Shown here: positions 17,960-29,834 of the stretch, piece after piece
Layout: each line of letters begins with the position of its first letter
Position numbering within the stretch: the first letter of the stretch is position 1
Assembly: GCA_965367765.1 (NCBI GenBank)
Contig: CBDUKI010000001.1
Location: forward strand, 1-41,361
Length of the DNA: 41,361 nt
From: an uncultured Henriciella sp.
GTDB taxonomy: Bacteria; Pseudomonadota; Alphaproteobacteria; Caulobacterales; Hyphomonadaceae
Direction of reading: 5' to 3'
The notes under the pieces: generated by a model
The model's input: the letters and a program-made list of their open reading frames with translations, nothing else
Told to the model about the DNA's origin: nothing
Database searches by the model: none
Position numbers and translations under genes: made by a program

Positions 17960-19111
17960 ATGAGCAAACGCGATTATTATGACGTGCTGGGTGTCGACAA
18001 GGGGGTCGACGAGAAGGCACTGAAAAGTGCGTATCGGAAGCTCGCCATGAAATATCACCCGGACCAGAACCCCGGTGATGTAGAGGCCGAGGCCAAGTTC
18101 AAGGAAGTCGGCGAGGCTTATGCCATCCTGTCGAATCCCGACCAGAAGGCTGCTTATGACCGGTTCGGCCATGCGGCCTTCGAGAATGGCGGTATGGGCG
18201 GCGGTGGCGCGAACCCGTTCGGCGGCGACCCAGGCGACATTTTTCAGGATATTTTCAGCCAGGTTTTTGGCGGCGGTGGTCGTCGGCGCGCTGGCCCGCA
18301 ACGCGGCGCTGACCTGCGCTATGACATGGAAATTTCGCTGGAAGAGGCCTTCGCTGGCAAGGATACGGAAATTCGCGTGCCGAGTGCAGTGGACTGTGAC
18401 ACGTGCGACGGGTCAGGCGCTGAGCCGGGCACCAGCCCGGAAACCTGTCCAACCTGTGCAGGCGCAGGCCGTGTGCGCGCCAGTCAGGGCTTTTTCACTA
18501 TGGAACGTACCTGCGCGCGCTGTTCAGGGCGCGGCACGGTGATCTCGAAGCCATGCAAGACCTGTCATGGAGCAGGCCAGGTTCAGGAAGAACGCACCCT
18601 GGCCGTCAAGATTCCCGCAGGCGTTGAAACCGGCATGAGAATTCGCCTGTCAGGCGAAGGTGAGCCAGGCGCCAAAGGGGGCCCTAAGGGCGACCTTTAT
18701 ATTTTCGTCGATGTTGTCGAGCATGACATTTTCGAGCGTGATGGCCCGAACCTCTACTGCCGCACTCCCGTGTCCATGGTCACCGCTGCACTTGGTGGTG
18801 AGATCGAAGTGCCGACAATCGACGGCGCACGCCAGCGTGTCACGATTCCTGAAGGGGCCCAGACCGGGCGCAAGCTGCGCCTGCGCGGCAAGGGCATGCC
18901 ATCCCTGCGTGGCAACCACCAGACCGGTGACCTGTATATTGAAATGTTTGTCGAGACCCCTCGCAATCTGACGTCTCGCCAGAAGGATATCCTGCGTGAA
19001 TTCTGCGATTGCTCCGGCAAGGATTGCAATCCGGAATCGGAAGGCTTTATCGGTCGCGTGAAGAAGTTCTGGGATGGCATTGGCGGCGAAGACGAAGCCA
19101 CCAAACACTGA
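17960..19111 (+). CDS. dnaJ: Molecular chaperone DnaJ
   Basis: J domain with HPD, G/F region with DIF motifs, four CxxCxGxG repeats, C-terminal substrate-binding domain. Confidence 0.97.
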   Translation: MSKRDYYDVLGVDKGVDEKALKSAYRKLAMKYHPDQNPGDVEAEAKFKEVGEAYAILSNPDQKAAYDRFGHAAFENGGMGGGGANPFGGDPGDIFQDIFSQVFGGGGRRRAGPQRGADLRYDMEISLEEAFAGKDTEIRVPSAVDCDTCDGSGAEPGTSPETCPTCAGAGRVRASQGFFTMERTCARCSGRGTVISKPCKTCHGAGQVQEERTLAVKIPAGVETGMRIRLSGEGEPGAKGGPKGDLYIFVDVVEHDIFERDGPNLYCRTPVSMVTAALGGEIEVPTIDGARQRVTIPEGAQTGRKLRLRGKGMPSLRGNHQTGDLYIEMFVETPRNLTSRQKDILREFCDCSGKDCNPESEGFIGRVKKFWDGIGGEDEATKH

Positions 19112-19178
19112 CCCGACGCGAGCGTTGAACGCCCATCGCAAGTGCTCTAAGCCACCCACTGGATGAGGAGCACGTACG

Positions 19179-20465
19179 ATGACTGACAAACCACTGGCCT
19201 TTGAAACAATGCAAGTTCACGCAGGTGCCGAACCGGACCCTGCAACCGGCGCGCGACAAGTGCCGATCTACCAGTCGACGGCATTTGTCTTCCGTGATGC
19301 AGATCATGCTGCTGCGCTCTTCAACCTGCAGGAAGTCGGCTACATCTACTCGCGCCTGACCAACCCGACCGTCGGCGCCCTGGCCGACCGGGTGGCGCAG
19401 CTTGAAGGTGGCAGCGGCGCGGTCTGCTGCTCGTCCGGCCATGGCGCACAGATCATGGCGCTGTTTCCGCTGATGGAACCAGGCCGCAATGTCGTCGTCT
19501 CCACCCGCCTTTACGGCGGCTCGATCACCCAGTTTACGCACACGATCAAACGCTTTGGCTGGTCGGCGACATTTGTTGACTTTGACGATCTTGATGCGGT
19601 CCGTGCCGCAATTGATGAAGACACCCGCGCGATCTTCTGTGAGACGATTGCCAACCCTGGCGGCTATGTCACCGACCTGGAAGCCATCGGTAAGATTGCA
19701 GCTTACGCACAAATCCCGTTGATCGTCGATAACACGACCGCCACACCCTACCTGTGCAATCCGATCCGCTATGGCGCGACGCTGGTGACCCATTCACTGA
19801 CCAAATACATGACAGGAAATGGCACCGTTACTGGCGGTGCCGTGGTTGAATCCGGGACGTTTGACTGGTCAGCCAGTGGCAAGTTTCCGTCCTTGTCAGA
19901 GCCGGAACCAGCCTATCACGGCCTGAAATTCCACGAGACGTTTGGCCCGGCAGCCTTCACCTTTCATTCTATCGCGGTCGGCCTACGAGACCTTGGCATG
20001 ACCATGAACCCTCAGGGCGCACACTATACGTTGATGGGCATTGAAACCCTGTCGCTGCGTATGGAGAGACATGTCGCCAATACCGAGAAGATTGCCCCCT
20101 GGCTGGCGCAGCATCCGGCCGTATCCGGCGTGACCTGGGCCGGGCTCGACAGTTCGCCCTACAAGGCTCGCGCGCAGAAGCTCTGCCCGAAAGGCGCCGG
20201 GGCACTGTTCACCGTGCAGTTGAAGGGCGGCTATGATGCGTGCGTGAAATTCGTCAACGAGTTGAACCTGTTCAGCCATGTGGCCAATCTTGGCGATGCA
20301 CGCTCGCTGGTCATCCACCCGGCCTCGACCACGCACCGTCAGTTGACTGACGAACAGAAAATCGCCGCCGGGGCCGCGCCCGATACGGTCCGCCTGTCCA
20401 TCGGCATCGAAAATGCGGATGACCTGATGGCTGATCTTGACCAGGCGCTCAAGGCGGCGGGGTAG
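19179..20465 (+). CDS. metY: O-acetylhomoserine aminocarboxypropyltransferase (sulfhydrylase)
   Basis: PIYQSTAFVF, YIYSRLTNPT, HSLTKY (PLP lysine), FSHVANLGDARSLVIHPASTTHRQL. SD GAGGAG. Confidence 0.92.
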   Translation: MTDKPLAFETMQVHAGAEPDPATGARQVPIYQSTAFVFRDADHAAALFNLQEVGYIYSRLTNPTVGALADRVAQLEGGSGAVCCSSGHGAQIMALFPLMEPGRNVVVSTRLYGGSITQFTHTIKRFGWSATFVDFDDLDAVRAAIDEDTRAIFCETIANPGGYVTDLEAIGKIAAYAQIPLIVDNTTATPYLCNPIRYGATLVTHSLTKYMTGNGTVTGGAVVESGTFDWSASGKFPSLSEPEPAYHGLKFHETFGPAAFTFHSIAVGLRDLGMTMNPQGAHYTLMGIETLSLRMERHVANTEKIAPWLAQHPAVSGVTWAGLDSSPYKARAQKLCPKGAGALFTVQLKGGYDACVKFVNELNLFSHVANLGDARSLVIHPASTTHRQLTDEQKIAAGAAPDTVRLSIGIENADDLMADLDQALKAAG

Positions 20466-20472
20466 ACTTTGT

Positions 20473-22797
20473 CTAAACCCCCGTCACGAAAGTGCTGATC
20501 ACCTTCTTCAGCCCGTGCTTTTCGAAATTGACCTTCAGCTTGGTGCCATTGGCGTCAAGCACCTGACCATAGCCGAATTTATCATGGAAGACGCGCTGGC
20601 CGATACGGAAGCGGCTATCCTCGCTCTCATTGGCGACCAGCCGGGCCTTGGCGTCGATGACCGGGCTGTCACTGCCGCGATGGGCGTTTTCCTTCAGCCG
20701 TTTCCAGCCCGGCGAGGTATAGCTTGAACGCTCACCAAGGTCTTCAACCGTGCCGACAAAGCCATCAGTGCCGCCCGGCAAGCTGGAATAACCCGTCTCG
20801 CTCTGCGCCTCGACATGGTCGTGCGGCAATTCATCGATAAACCGGCTTGGCAGGACAGATTGCCAGCGCCCGAATATCTGCCGGTTGGCGACGAATGAGA
20901 TGCGACAACATTCGCGCGCACGGGTGATCCCGACATAGGCCAGCCGGCGCTCTTCCTCGAGACCTTTCATGCCGGTTTCATCCAGGCTGCGGCGGGACGG
21001 GAAGACCTCTTCCTCCCAACCGGGCAGGAAGACCAGTGGCCATTCCAGCCCCTTGGCGCCATGCAGGGTCAGGATCTGCACCTCATCGCCATCACTCGTG
21101 CCGCCAACATCCATGACCAGTTCGACATGTTCCAGAAAGGCAGGCAGGCTGTCGAATTCGCCCATCGCGTTGACCAGCTCTTTCAGGTTGTCGAGCCGGG
21201 TCTGCGCCTGTGGGCTGCGATCCTTTTGTAGCATGTCCGTATAGCCGCTCTCATCAAGGATGACCTGCACCAGCTCAGTATGAGACAGGCCACTATTCAA
21301 GCGGTCGCGCCACATGTTGATCTGGTCGATGAACTGGGTCAGGCCGCGCTTGCCTGGCCCTTTGATCTCATCCGTTTGCAGCACCATTGGCGTCAGCGTG
21401 AACAGGCTGCGGCCATCATCGCGGGCATAGCGTTGCAGCTTTTGCAGCGTAGTGTTGCCAACCCCGCGCTTGGGCTGGTTGACGACGCGCTCGAAGGCGA
21501 GGTCATCCTCGGTCGAGCGGATCAGCCGCAGATAGGCCATGGCATCGCGGATTTCGGCCCGTTCAAAAAAGCGCGGGCCGCCAATGACGCGATAAGGAAT
21601 GCCGAGCAGGATCAGCCTTTCCTCGAACTGACGCATCTGCCAGGAGGCGCGCACCAGGACGGCGCAGTCCTCATACTTGCGACCCTTGTTCCGCCAGGCC
21701 TCGATATCGTCACAGACCATGCGGGCTTCGGCATCGCCATCCCACAGGCCACGCACCAACACCCGTTCAGCGTCCGGGTCATTGGCCAGATCGCCGCCGA
21801 CAAACAGCGTCTTGCCGAGGCGGCCCTTATTGTTCGAAATCACTGACGAGGCCGCTGCCAGAATGTGTTCAGTCGAGCGGTAATTGCGCTCCAGCCGGAT
21901 CACATGCGCCCCGGGGAAATCCTTCTCGAAACGCAAGATGTTGTCAACTTCGGCTCCTCGCCAGCCATAAATCGACTGATCGTCATCACCTACGCAGCAG
22001 ATATTGCCACTGCCCTGGGCCAGCAGGCGCAGCCAGAGATACTGCGCCACGTTCGTATCCTGATACTCGTCGACCAGGATATATTTGAACTTGGCGTGAT
22101 AATCGGCCAGCAGGTCCGGTTGGCTCTGGAAGAGGGTGATATTGTGGATCAGCAGGTCGCCAAAATCACAGGCATTGAGCACTTTCAGCCGGTTCTGGTA
22201 CAGCTCGTAGCACCGGATCCCCTTGCCATCGGCGAACTGATAGGCCTCGTCAGCGGGCACTTTGGCGGGCAACAGGGCCCGGTTCTTCCAGCCGTCGATC
22301 AGGCTGGCGAGGAAGCGCGGCGCCCAGCGTTTTGGATCAATATTCTCCGCTTCGATGATCTGTTTGCACAGGCGGATCTGGTCATCGGTATCCAGAATGG
22401 TGAAACTGGATTTGAGGTCGACCAGTTCAGCATGCTTGCGCAGGATCTGCGCGCTGATGGAGTGGAACGTGCCGAGCCAGCGCAGGCCCTCGCCTGCTTC
22501 CCCGGTCAGTTTCAGCGCTCGCTCGCGCATTTCTCGTGCCGCCTTGTTGGTAAAGGTCACGGTCAGCGTCTGTGAGGGGTAGGCCAGGCCCGTGGCGATG
22601 ATATGGGCCAGCCGCGTGGTCAACACCCGGGTCTTGCCGGTCCCCGCTCCAGCCAGAACAAGCAGCGGGCCTTCGGTATGCTCGACCGCCTCGCGCTGTT
22701 CCGGGTTCAGGCCTTCAAGATAGCGTGCCGACGCCGCTGCGCCCGGCGCAGTTGCCGCTGCCATTTGGGAAATCGAAGGGCGATTCGGTGGATTCAT
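20473..22797 (-). CDS. uvrD: ATP-dependent DNA helicase UvrD/PcrA
   Basis: AGAGTGKT, TFTNKAA, VDEYQD, GDDDQSIY.WRGA, NYRST, TLHGAKGLEW, EERRLAYVGITRA, C-terminal Tudor-like (RVFHDKFGYG). Start set at ATG 22797. Confidence 0.95.
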   Translation of the reverse strand: MNPPNRPSISQMAAATAPGAAASARYLEGLNPEQREAVEHTEGPLLVLAGAGTGKTRVLTTRLAHIIATGLAYPSQTLTVTFTNKAAREMRERALKLTGEAGEGLRWLGTFHSISAQILRKHAELVDLKSSFTILDTDDQIRLCKQIIEAENIDPKRWAPRFLASLIDGWKNRALLPAKVPADEAYQFADGKGIRCYELYQNRLKVLNACDFGDLLIHNITLFQSQPDLLADYHAKFKYILVDEYQDTNVAQYLWLRLLAQGSGNICCVGDDDQSIYGWRGAEVDNILRFEKDFPGAHVIRLERNYRSTEHILAAASSVISNNKGRLGKTLFVGGDLANDPDAERVLVRGLWDGDAEARMVCDDIEAWRNKGRKYEDCAVLVRASWQMRQFEERLILLGIPYRVIGGPRFFERAEIRDAMAYLRLIRSTEDDLAFERVVNQPKRGVGNTTLQKLQRYARDDGRSLFTLTPMVLQTDEIKGPGKRGLTQFIDQINMWRDRLNSGLSHTELVQVILDESGYTDMLQKDRSPQAQTRLDNLKELVNAMGEFDSLPAFLEHVELVMDVGGTSDGDEVQILTLHGAKGLEWPLVFLPGWEEEVFPSRRSLDETGMKGLEEERRLAYVGITRARECCRISFVANRQIFGRWQSVLPSRFIDELPHDHVEAQSETGYSSLPGGTDGFVGTVEDLGERSSYTSPGWKRLKENAHRGSDSPVIDAKARLVANESEDSRFRIGQRVFHDKFGYGQVLDANGTKLKVNFEKHGLKKVISTFVTGV

Positions 22798-22932
22798 GCC
22801 GGGAATATAGAGTGAACGCTGGCAAAAGGGCAGGGGGTGATTCAGACGAACAGTCGCGTTGAATCTGGCCAACATGGACAAACAGGTAAAACGCGCGCAA
22901 AACGCCGCCATCCTGTGAGAAAGCCCGTCCCG

Positions 22933-24168
22933 ATGTCAGACCGTTTCGCCGCCTTCAGGCATTCTTCCTATAGACGGTTCTTCGCGGCGCGTTTCGGGGC
23001 CTCCCTGGCCGGGAACTTCCTGGCCGTCACGGTTGCCTGGCAGGTTTATGTCGAGACCGAGAACCCGTTATACCTTGGTTGGATTGGCCTGGTGCAGTTC
23101 CTGCCCTCGCTGCTCCTGGTCCTGGTGACGGGGCTCGCTGCAGACCGTCTCGGCCGACGCATGATCATGGGTCTGTCGATCTGTCTGCAGGCGAGTTGTG
23201 GCCTGATCCTGTTGGTGATGACGGCGCTTGGCCTGTTCCACGTCATCTTCGTGCTGGGCATCGTCATGCTGAATGGTGTGGCGCGCGCCTTCTATGCCCC
23301 CGCCACCAATTCTCTGGTCGTCAATCTCGTCCCGCGTGAGGACTTCCCCAACGCGGTGGGCTGGAACTCCTCATCCTGGCAAATGGCGACCATTCTCGGC
23401 CCGGCTCTGGGCGGTGTCCTGTCGGCAATCTCTCTGGAGCTGTCCTATGGCGTCGCGGCGGCCATCTCTCTTTCGACGGCGGTTCTGATCTTTACCATCC
23501 CCAAGCCAACCCAAACGGTCAGTACGGACCGTACGACATTATCGACCCTGCTCGGGGGCTTCACTTATATCTGGCGCACCAAGATCGTGCTGGGTGCAAT
23601 GACACTTGACCTGTTTGCCGTGTTGATGGGGGGTGCGGTCGCACTGCTGCCGGTCTATGCCCGCGACATCCTGCAGATTGGCGAGACCGGCTATGGCATT
23701 CTGCGTGCTGCCCCGGCGGTTGGGGCCATGCTCATGGTCTTCGTCATCACCTCGGTCGAAATCAAGCGTCATGCCGGCCTGATCCTGTTCATCAGCACCG
23801 CCATCTTTGGCGCGTTGCACATTGTCTTCGGCTATTCACAGATCGTCTGGCTATCGGTTCTGGCGCTGGTTCTGATCGGGGCCTTTGACATGATCTCGGT
23901 CTTCGTCCGCGAAACCCTCGTCCAGTTATGGACGCCGGATGAGGTGCGTGGCCGGGTCAATGCCGTCAACTCGATTATCATTGGCGCCTCCAATCAGGTT
24001 GGTGAGGCGCGCGCCGGGTTCATGGCCGCGCGCTGGGGTACGATTTTTACCGTGGTTGCTGGTGGCTATATCGCCATGGGGGTCACGGCGGCATGGGCGG
24101 GTCTCTTCCCGTCCCTGCGCAAGACACAGAACTTGAGTGCCGGGTTGCCAGAAAAGGCGGATGCCTAG
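22933..24168 (+). CDS. MFS transporter (EntS/MFS_3-like)
   Basis: About 12 TM segments, motif A GLAADRLGRR, LDLFAVLMGGAVALLP, TPDEVRGRV. Start set at ATG 22933. Confidence 0.9.
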   Translation: MSDRFAAFRHSSYRRFFAARFGASLAGNFLAVTVAWQVYVETENPLYLGWIGLVQFLPSLLLVLVTGLAADRLGRRMIMGLSICLQASCGLILLVMTALGLFHVIFVLGIVMLNGVARAFYAPATNSLVVNLVPREDFPNAVGWNSSSWQMATILGPALGGVLSAISLELSYGVAAAISLSTAVLIFTIPKPTQTVSTDRTTLSTLLGGFTYIWRTKIVLGAMTLDLFAVLMGGAVALLPVYARDILQIGETGYGILRAAPAVGAMLMVFVITSVEIKRHAGLILFISTAIFGALHIVFGYSQIVWLSVLALVLIGAFDMISVFVRETLVQLWTPDEVRGRVNAVNSIIIGASNQVGEARAGFMAARWGTIFTVVAGGYIAMGVTAAWAGLFPSLRKTQNLSAGLPEKADA

Positions 24169-24247
24169 CGCGAACAAACCACATTTGCCTGCTTCGCATT
24201 CACTGTTTCGCTGCTTATCTTGGCTGTAGCCAAACCCGGAGCCGCCC

Positions 24248-25615
24248 ATGGTCGATGACCCCAACCAACCGGACCCTGAACGCAACCGCCTGAGCGCGCG
24301 GCTTGGGCGCACGGCCAAGGTCGGGGCCAACCTGTCCGGGGCCGGGCTGACTTTCGCGGCCAACTCCCTGTTTGGCGGTGACAAGGGCGATGAACGTATT
24401 GCCCGGTCCCTGGCGGCCGCGCTTGGCAAGTCAAAAGGGCCGCTGATGAAGGTCGCCCAAATGGTCTCGACCGTGCCGGATTTCCTGCCGCCGGAATATG
24501 CAGCAGAGCTCAGCCAGCTGCAGGCGCAGGCCCCGGCCATGGGTTGGCCTTTTGTCAAACGTCGCATGCGCGCGGAGCTGGGCCCTGACTGGCAAGGCAA
24601 ATTCACCGAGTTTGGGCGCACGGCGGCGCATGCCGCTTCCCTCGGCCAGGTCCACAAGGCCATGCTGCCTGACGGGCGAACCGTCGCCTGCAAACTGCAA
24701 TACCCGGACATGGCCAGCGCTGTTGAAAGCGATGTCGGCCAACTGAAAATGCTGCTTGGCCTGTTCAAGCGCATGGATGGATCAATCGACCCGTCCGAAA
24801 TGGTCGATGAGATCACCGAGCGCCTGCGTGAAGAGCTCGACTATCAGCGTGAAGCCCAGCACATGGCCCTGTATACAAACATGCTCGGCGGGCTGGACTT
24901 CGTGACGGTGCCGACACCGATTGAAGACCTGTCGACGGAACGACTGCTGACCATGAGCTGGCATGAAGGCGATGCCTTGTCGGCCTATGAAACGGCCTCG
25001 CAGGAAGTGCGAAACCGGATTGCCACCAACCTGTTCTGGACCTGGTGGCTGCCCTTCCACACGCATGCCGTCATCCATGGCGACCCGCATCTGGGGAATT
25101 ACCAGGTTACCGAGGGTGGGGCCGGACTGAACCTGCTTGATTTCGGCTGTATTCGTATCTTCCCGCCAAAATTTGTCGGCGGCGTGGTTGATCTGTATCG
25201 CGCAACATTGGCGGATGATTTCGACGCGGCCTATGCCGCTTATGAAAAATGGGGGTTCCGCAATCTCAATCGTGAACTCGTCGAGAGTCTCAATATCTGG
25301 GCGAAATTCATTTATGGTCCGCTGCTCGAGGACCGGGTGCGGCCCTTTGCCGATGGCGTGTCAGCCAGCGAATTCGGGCGTAAGGAAGCCTTCGCGGTAC
25401 GCCAGCGCCTGAAGCAAAAGGGCCCGGTCACAATCCCGCGCGAATTCGTATTCATGGACCGCGCCGCCATAGGTGTAGGCGCAGCTTATCTGCGACTGGG
25501 GGCGGAGCTGAACTTCCACCGCCTGTTCGAGGAAAGCCTTGAAGGCTTCAGTGAAGACGGCTTGGCCGTGGCTCAGGCCGCCGCGCTGGCAAAGGTCGGC
25601 CTGAAACCGGACTAG
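24248..25615 (+). CDS. AarF/ABC1/UbiB-family atypical kinase (COQ8-like)
   Basis: KGPLMKVAQ, AASLGQVH, KLQYP, EELDY..EA, HGDPHLGNY, LDFGC. Confidence 0.9.
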   Translation: MVDDPNQPDPERNRLSARLGRTAKVGANLSGAGLTFAANSLFGGDKGDERIARSLAAALGKSKGPLMKVAQMVSTVPDFLPPEYAAELSQLQAQAPAMGWPFVKRRMRAELGPDWQGKFTEFGRTAAHAASLGQVHKAMLPDGRTVACKLQYPDMASAVESDVGQLKMLLGLFKRMDGSIDPSEMVDEITERLREELDYQREAQHMALYTNMLGGLDFVTVPTPIEDLSTERLLTMSWHEGDALSAYETASQEVRNRIATNLFWTWWLPFHTHAVIHGDPHLGNYQVTEGGAGLNLLDFGCIRIFPPKFVGGVVDLYRATLADDFDAAYAAYEKWGFRNLNRELVESLNIWAKFIYGPLLEDRVRPFADGVSASEFGRKEAFAVRQRLKQKGPVTIPREFVFMDRAAIGVGAAYLRLGAELNFHRLFEESLEGFSEDGLAVAQAAALAKVGLKPD

Positions 25616-25923
25616 AGGCAGTCTTCCGGGCGCGGGCAGGGGTCTTCAGCGTCCAACGGGTCCAGCGGTTCGGCGTCGGCAGGGGGCAGCTTCTCGAACT
25701 TCTTGACCTTGCGGCGCTCATTGGCCTTGTCAGAGGCATTGTCAGTCGTCCGATTGTCGCGCTGGGCCTCGGCCTGTGGGGCGCGATTGTCCTGGCCAAC
25801 CGGGCTGGCGCGATCAGCCTCTGTCTTGGCCGGTCGTGGCGCTTTGGAATTATCCTGCGCGATGGCACCAGCGCTGGCCAGGCAAGTGGCAGCCAAGGCT
25901 GCGGCGATCGTGTACTTAAGCAT
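25612..25923 (-). CDS. Small secreted low-complexity hypothetical protein
   Basis: Sec signal MLKYTIAAALAATCLASAGAIA|Q, SD GGAGG upstream, charged disordered body, C-terminal CPRPEDCL. Confidence 0.7.
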   Translation of the reverse strand: MLKYTIAAALAATCLASAGAIAQDNSKAPRPAKTEADRASPVGQDNRAPQAEAQRDNRTTDNASDKANERRKVKKFEKLPPADAEPLDPLDAEDPCPRPEDCL

Positions 25924-26038
25924 GAGACCCTCCCTAGATCTTGGTATGATCTGTCATGATGGCCTGGCACTGAACAGGGCGTGAATGAGCCTGCGCCTAT
26001 CTATGGCCCGAATCGGTTTGGCTGCGTACACTGGCCGC

Positions 26039-27922
26039 ATGGCAGATACGGTCCACTCTTCCGCCCGCCCGGTTATCCGGCAACTCCCGCCCGATGCGGT
26101 CAACCGCATTGCAGCCGGTGAAGTCGTCGAGCGCCCGGCAGCCGCGATCAAGGAACTGGTTGAAAATGCACTTGATGCGGGTGCGCGCTCAGTCTCGGTG
26201 GCAATTGAGGGCGGCGGTTTGAAGCGCATTATCGTCGAGGATGATGGCTGCGGCATGACTGGCGAGGATATGCTGCTGGCCCTGCAACGGCATGCCACAT
26301 CAAAACTCTCGCCAGGGGCCGATGGCCGGATCGACTTGTTGAACATTCATACAATGGGGTTTCGCGGTGAGGCCCTGCCCTCCATTGCAAGTGTCAGCCG
26401 TATGAGCATCACGTCTCAGGCGACAGGCGAAGCGGCGGCGGAACTGTTTGTCGAGGCCGGGCGGATCGAGGGGCCCAAGCCGGCGGCCTTTACCGGGCGC
26501 GGTCTGTCCGGCACCCGGATCGAGGTTCGTGACCTGTTTCACGCCACCCCGGCGCGGTTGAAATTCATGAAGACCGAACGGTCTGAAACCATGGCCGTTA
26601 CTGACGTGATGAAACGCCTCGCCATGGCCCGTGCTGATGTGGCGTTTACACTGGAGAGCAATGGCCGCGCCTTGTTTCGCTATAGTGCCCATCCCGACAC
26701 GCCAGATGGCCAGCTGCAGCGCCTTGGTGCCATCATGGGGCGCGAGTTTCGCGAGAATGCCCTGGAGATTGAGGCAGAACGTGAAGGCGTGCGCCTGGCC
26801 GGGTTTGCCGGGCTGCCGACCCTCAATCGTGGCAATGCCCAGATGCAATTCCTGTTCGTCAACGGTCGCCCGGTCAAAGACCGCATGTTGAACGGGGTTA
26901 TTCGCGCGGCCTACCAGGACTTTCTGGCCCGCGATCGCCACCCCATGGCGGCCCTGTTTGTCGATCTTGATCCTGAATATGTTGACGTCAACGTGCATCC
27001 GGCCAAGACTGAAGTGCGGTTTCGCGATGCTCAGAATGTTCGCGGCCTGATCATAGGTGCCTTACGTCATAGCCTGGCCAGCGCCGGGCACCGGGCCAGC
27101 ACCACCGTGGCGGGTTACGCCCTCGGCAAGATCCAGGCTGAGCCGGTGCAGGCGGATGTCTTTCGGCCATCGACCTTGTGGGCAGACCGTGGCTCGGCCA
27201 GCCAGCCACCGGCGTCAGCGCCGTTATCTTACCCCCGGGTCTCTCAGGCGGGCCTGCCCCAGGTCGAAGATCGTGCCCAACCCGTCTATGAAGGCGCGCC
27301 CACCGCGCGGGTCGAGCCGCAAGCCGACGCGTCGGTTGAGGATTTTCCGCTCGGCGTTGCTCGCGCTCAGCTGCACGAAACCTACATTGTTAGCCAGACG
27401 CGCGATGGCATTGTCATTATCGACCAGCATGCCGCCCATGAACGCCTCGTCTATGAAGACATGAAGCGCCAGATGGCGGCGGGTGGGGTGCATCGCCAGG
27501 CCCTGCTGATCCCGGATATTGTCGAGCTGACCGAGGATGAAGCTGCGCGCATTCTCGCCCGGACGGATGAACTGGCCGAGCTTGGCCTCGAGGTTGAGGC
27601 GTTCGGTGTCGGCGCGGTTTGTGTGCGAGCCACTCCGGCCTTGTTTGGCGAGATGGATGTTGCGGGCCTGGTGCGTGACCTCGCCGATGACTTTGCCGAA
27701 TATGATGATGGCCTCGCGCTCAAGGAACGCTTCGAGGAGGTCATGGGGAACATGGCCTGCCGCGGATCAGTCAGGGCCGGTCGCCGGCTCAATGGACAGG
27801 AGATGAATGCCCTGCTGCGCCAGATGGAGGCGACGCCTCATTCTGGCCAGTGCAACCATGGCCGCCCGACCTATGTCGAACTGAAACTGGCCGATATCGA
27901 GCGCTTGTTTGGTCGTCGATAG
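26039..27922 (+). CDS. mutL: DNA mismatch repair endonuclease MutL
   Basis: [38 protein letters not shown]. Endonuclease motifs [15 protein letters not shown] and CNHGRP. Clamp motif QALLIP. Start at ATG 26039. Confidence 0.97.
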   Translation: MADTVHSSARPVIRQLPPDAVNRIAAGEVVERPAAAIKELVENALDAGARSVSVAIEGGGLKRIIVEDDGCGMTGEDMLLALQRHATSKLSPGADGRIDLLNIHTMGFRGEALPSIASVSRMSITSQATGEAAAELFVEAGRIEGPKPAAFTGRGLSGTRIEVRDLFHATPARLKFMKTERSETMAVTDVMKRLAMARADVAFTLESNGRALFRYSAHPDTPDGQLQRLGAIMGREFRENALEIEAEREGVRLAGFAGLPTLNRGNAQMQFLFVNGRPVKDRMLNGVIRAAYQDFLARDRHPMAALFVDLDPEYVDVNVHPAKTEVRFRDAQNVRGLIIGALRHSLASAGHRASTTVAGYALGKIQAEPVQADVFRPSTLWADRGSASQPPASAPLSYPRVSQAGLPQVEDRAQPVYEGAPTARVEPQADASVEDFPLGVARAQLHETYIVSQTRDGIVIIDQHAAHERLVYEDMKRQMAAGGVHRQALLIPDIVELTEDEAARILARTDELAELGLEVEAFGVGAVCVRATPALFGEMDVAGLVRDLADDFAEYDDGLALKERFEEVMGNMACRGSVRAGRRLNGQEMNALLRQMEATPHSGQCNHGRPTYVELKLADIERLFGRR

Positions 27923-27923
27923 G

Positions 27924-28388
27924 CTACAGGCTGGACCGGAGCATCCACGCTGTCTTGTCGGCAATCGTTGCGCGCTGGGTCATCAGGTCAGCGGTCACAT
28001 CGTCACCGGCCTTGCCAGCCACGTCGATCCCATCACGTGCAGCGCGGGCAACCGCCTCATGGCCTGCCGCCAGATTGGCAATCATGGTCTCTGCATCCGG
28101 CACGCCTTCGTCTGCCTCAATGCTCGCCGCAGCCATCATTTCGCCTGACGATCCGGGTGCAAAATGGCCGAGGGCGCGAATACGCTCGGCAATTTCGTCC
28201 AGCGCCGTCCACAGTTCTGTGTATTGCGTCATGAACATGTCGTGCAGCGACTGGAAGCGCGGCCCGGTGACGTTCCAGTGATAGCCATGCGTCTTGATAT
28301 AGAGCGCATAAGTTTCGCCCAGCAGGCGTTTGAGTGCGTTGGCCGAATCCGTACGACCCTGTTCGCTGATACCGATTTCTACAGTCAT
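27924..28388 (-). CDS. dps: Dps family DNA starvation/stationary-phase protection protein
   Basis: LYIKTHGYHWNVTGPRFQSLH.MF..QY.EL...LDEIAERIRALG, DK.AWML. Start at ATG 28388 with SD GAGGG. Confidence 0.93.
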   Translation of the reverse strand: MTVEIGISEQGRTDSANALKRLLGETYALYIKTHGYHWNVTGPRFQSLHDMFMTQYTELWTALDEIAERIRALGHFAPGSSGEMMAAASIEADEGVPDAETMIANLAAGHEAVARAARDGIDVAGKAGDDVTADLMTQRATIADKTAWMLRSSL

Positions 28389-28479
28389 TGTGTCCCTCAC
28401 TTTCATGTCCTCAATATCAGCTATTGAGGAGAGGAAATCCAATGGATTTTACAAGTTTCTAATATAGAAATTATTTATG

Positions 28480-29721
<1,242 letters not shown>

Positions 29722-29834
29722 TTAGACCTGCCAGAACGGCGATGCAAGCGGCGGAAAATCGCAGTTTCGGTAAAATTTGATCGACCGATTTAGACCTGCG
29801 TTGACCAATCCGTGTCACCTTCATTCGATTATCA

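Noticed and set aside
22798-22932. LexA boxes upstream of uvrD (also looked at uvrC and mutL)
   Set aside because: GAAC/CAAC words occur but none with correct N7 spacing was found by eye; only the mmcB site qualifies.
29790-29805. CtrA-like TTAG-N7-TTGAC upstream of the small membrane protein
   Set aside because: Only 7/9, and TTGAC is equally explained as a sigma70 -35 element.
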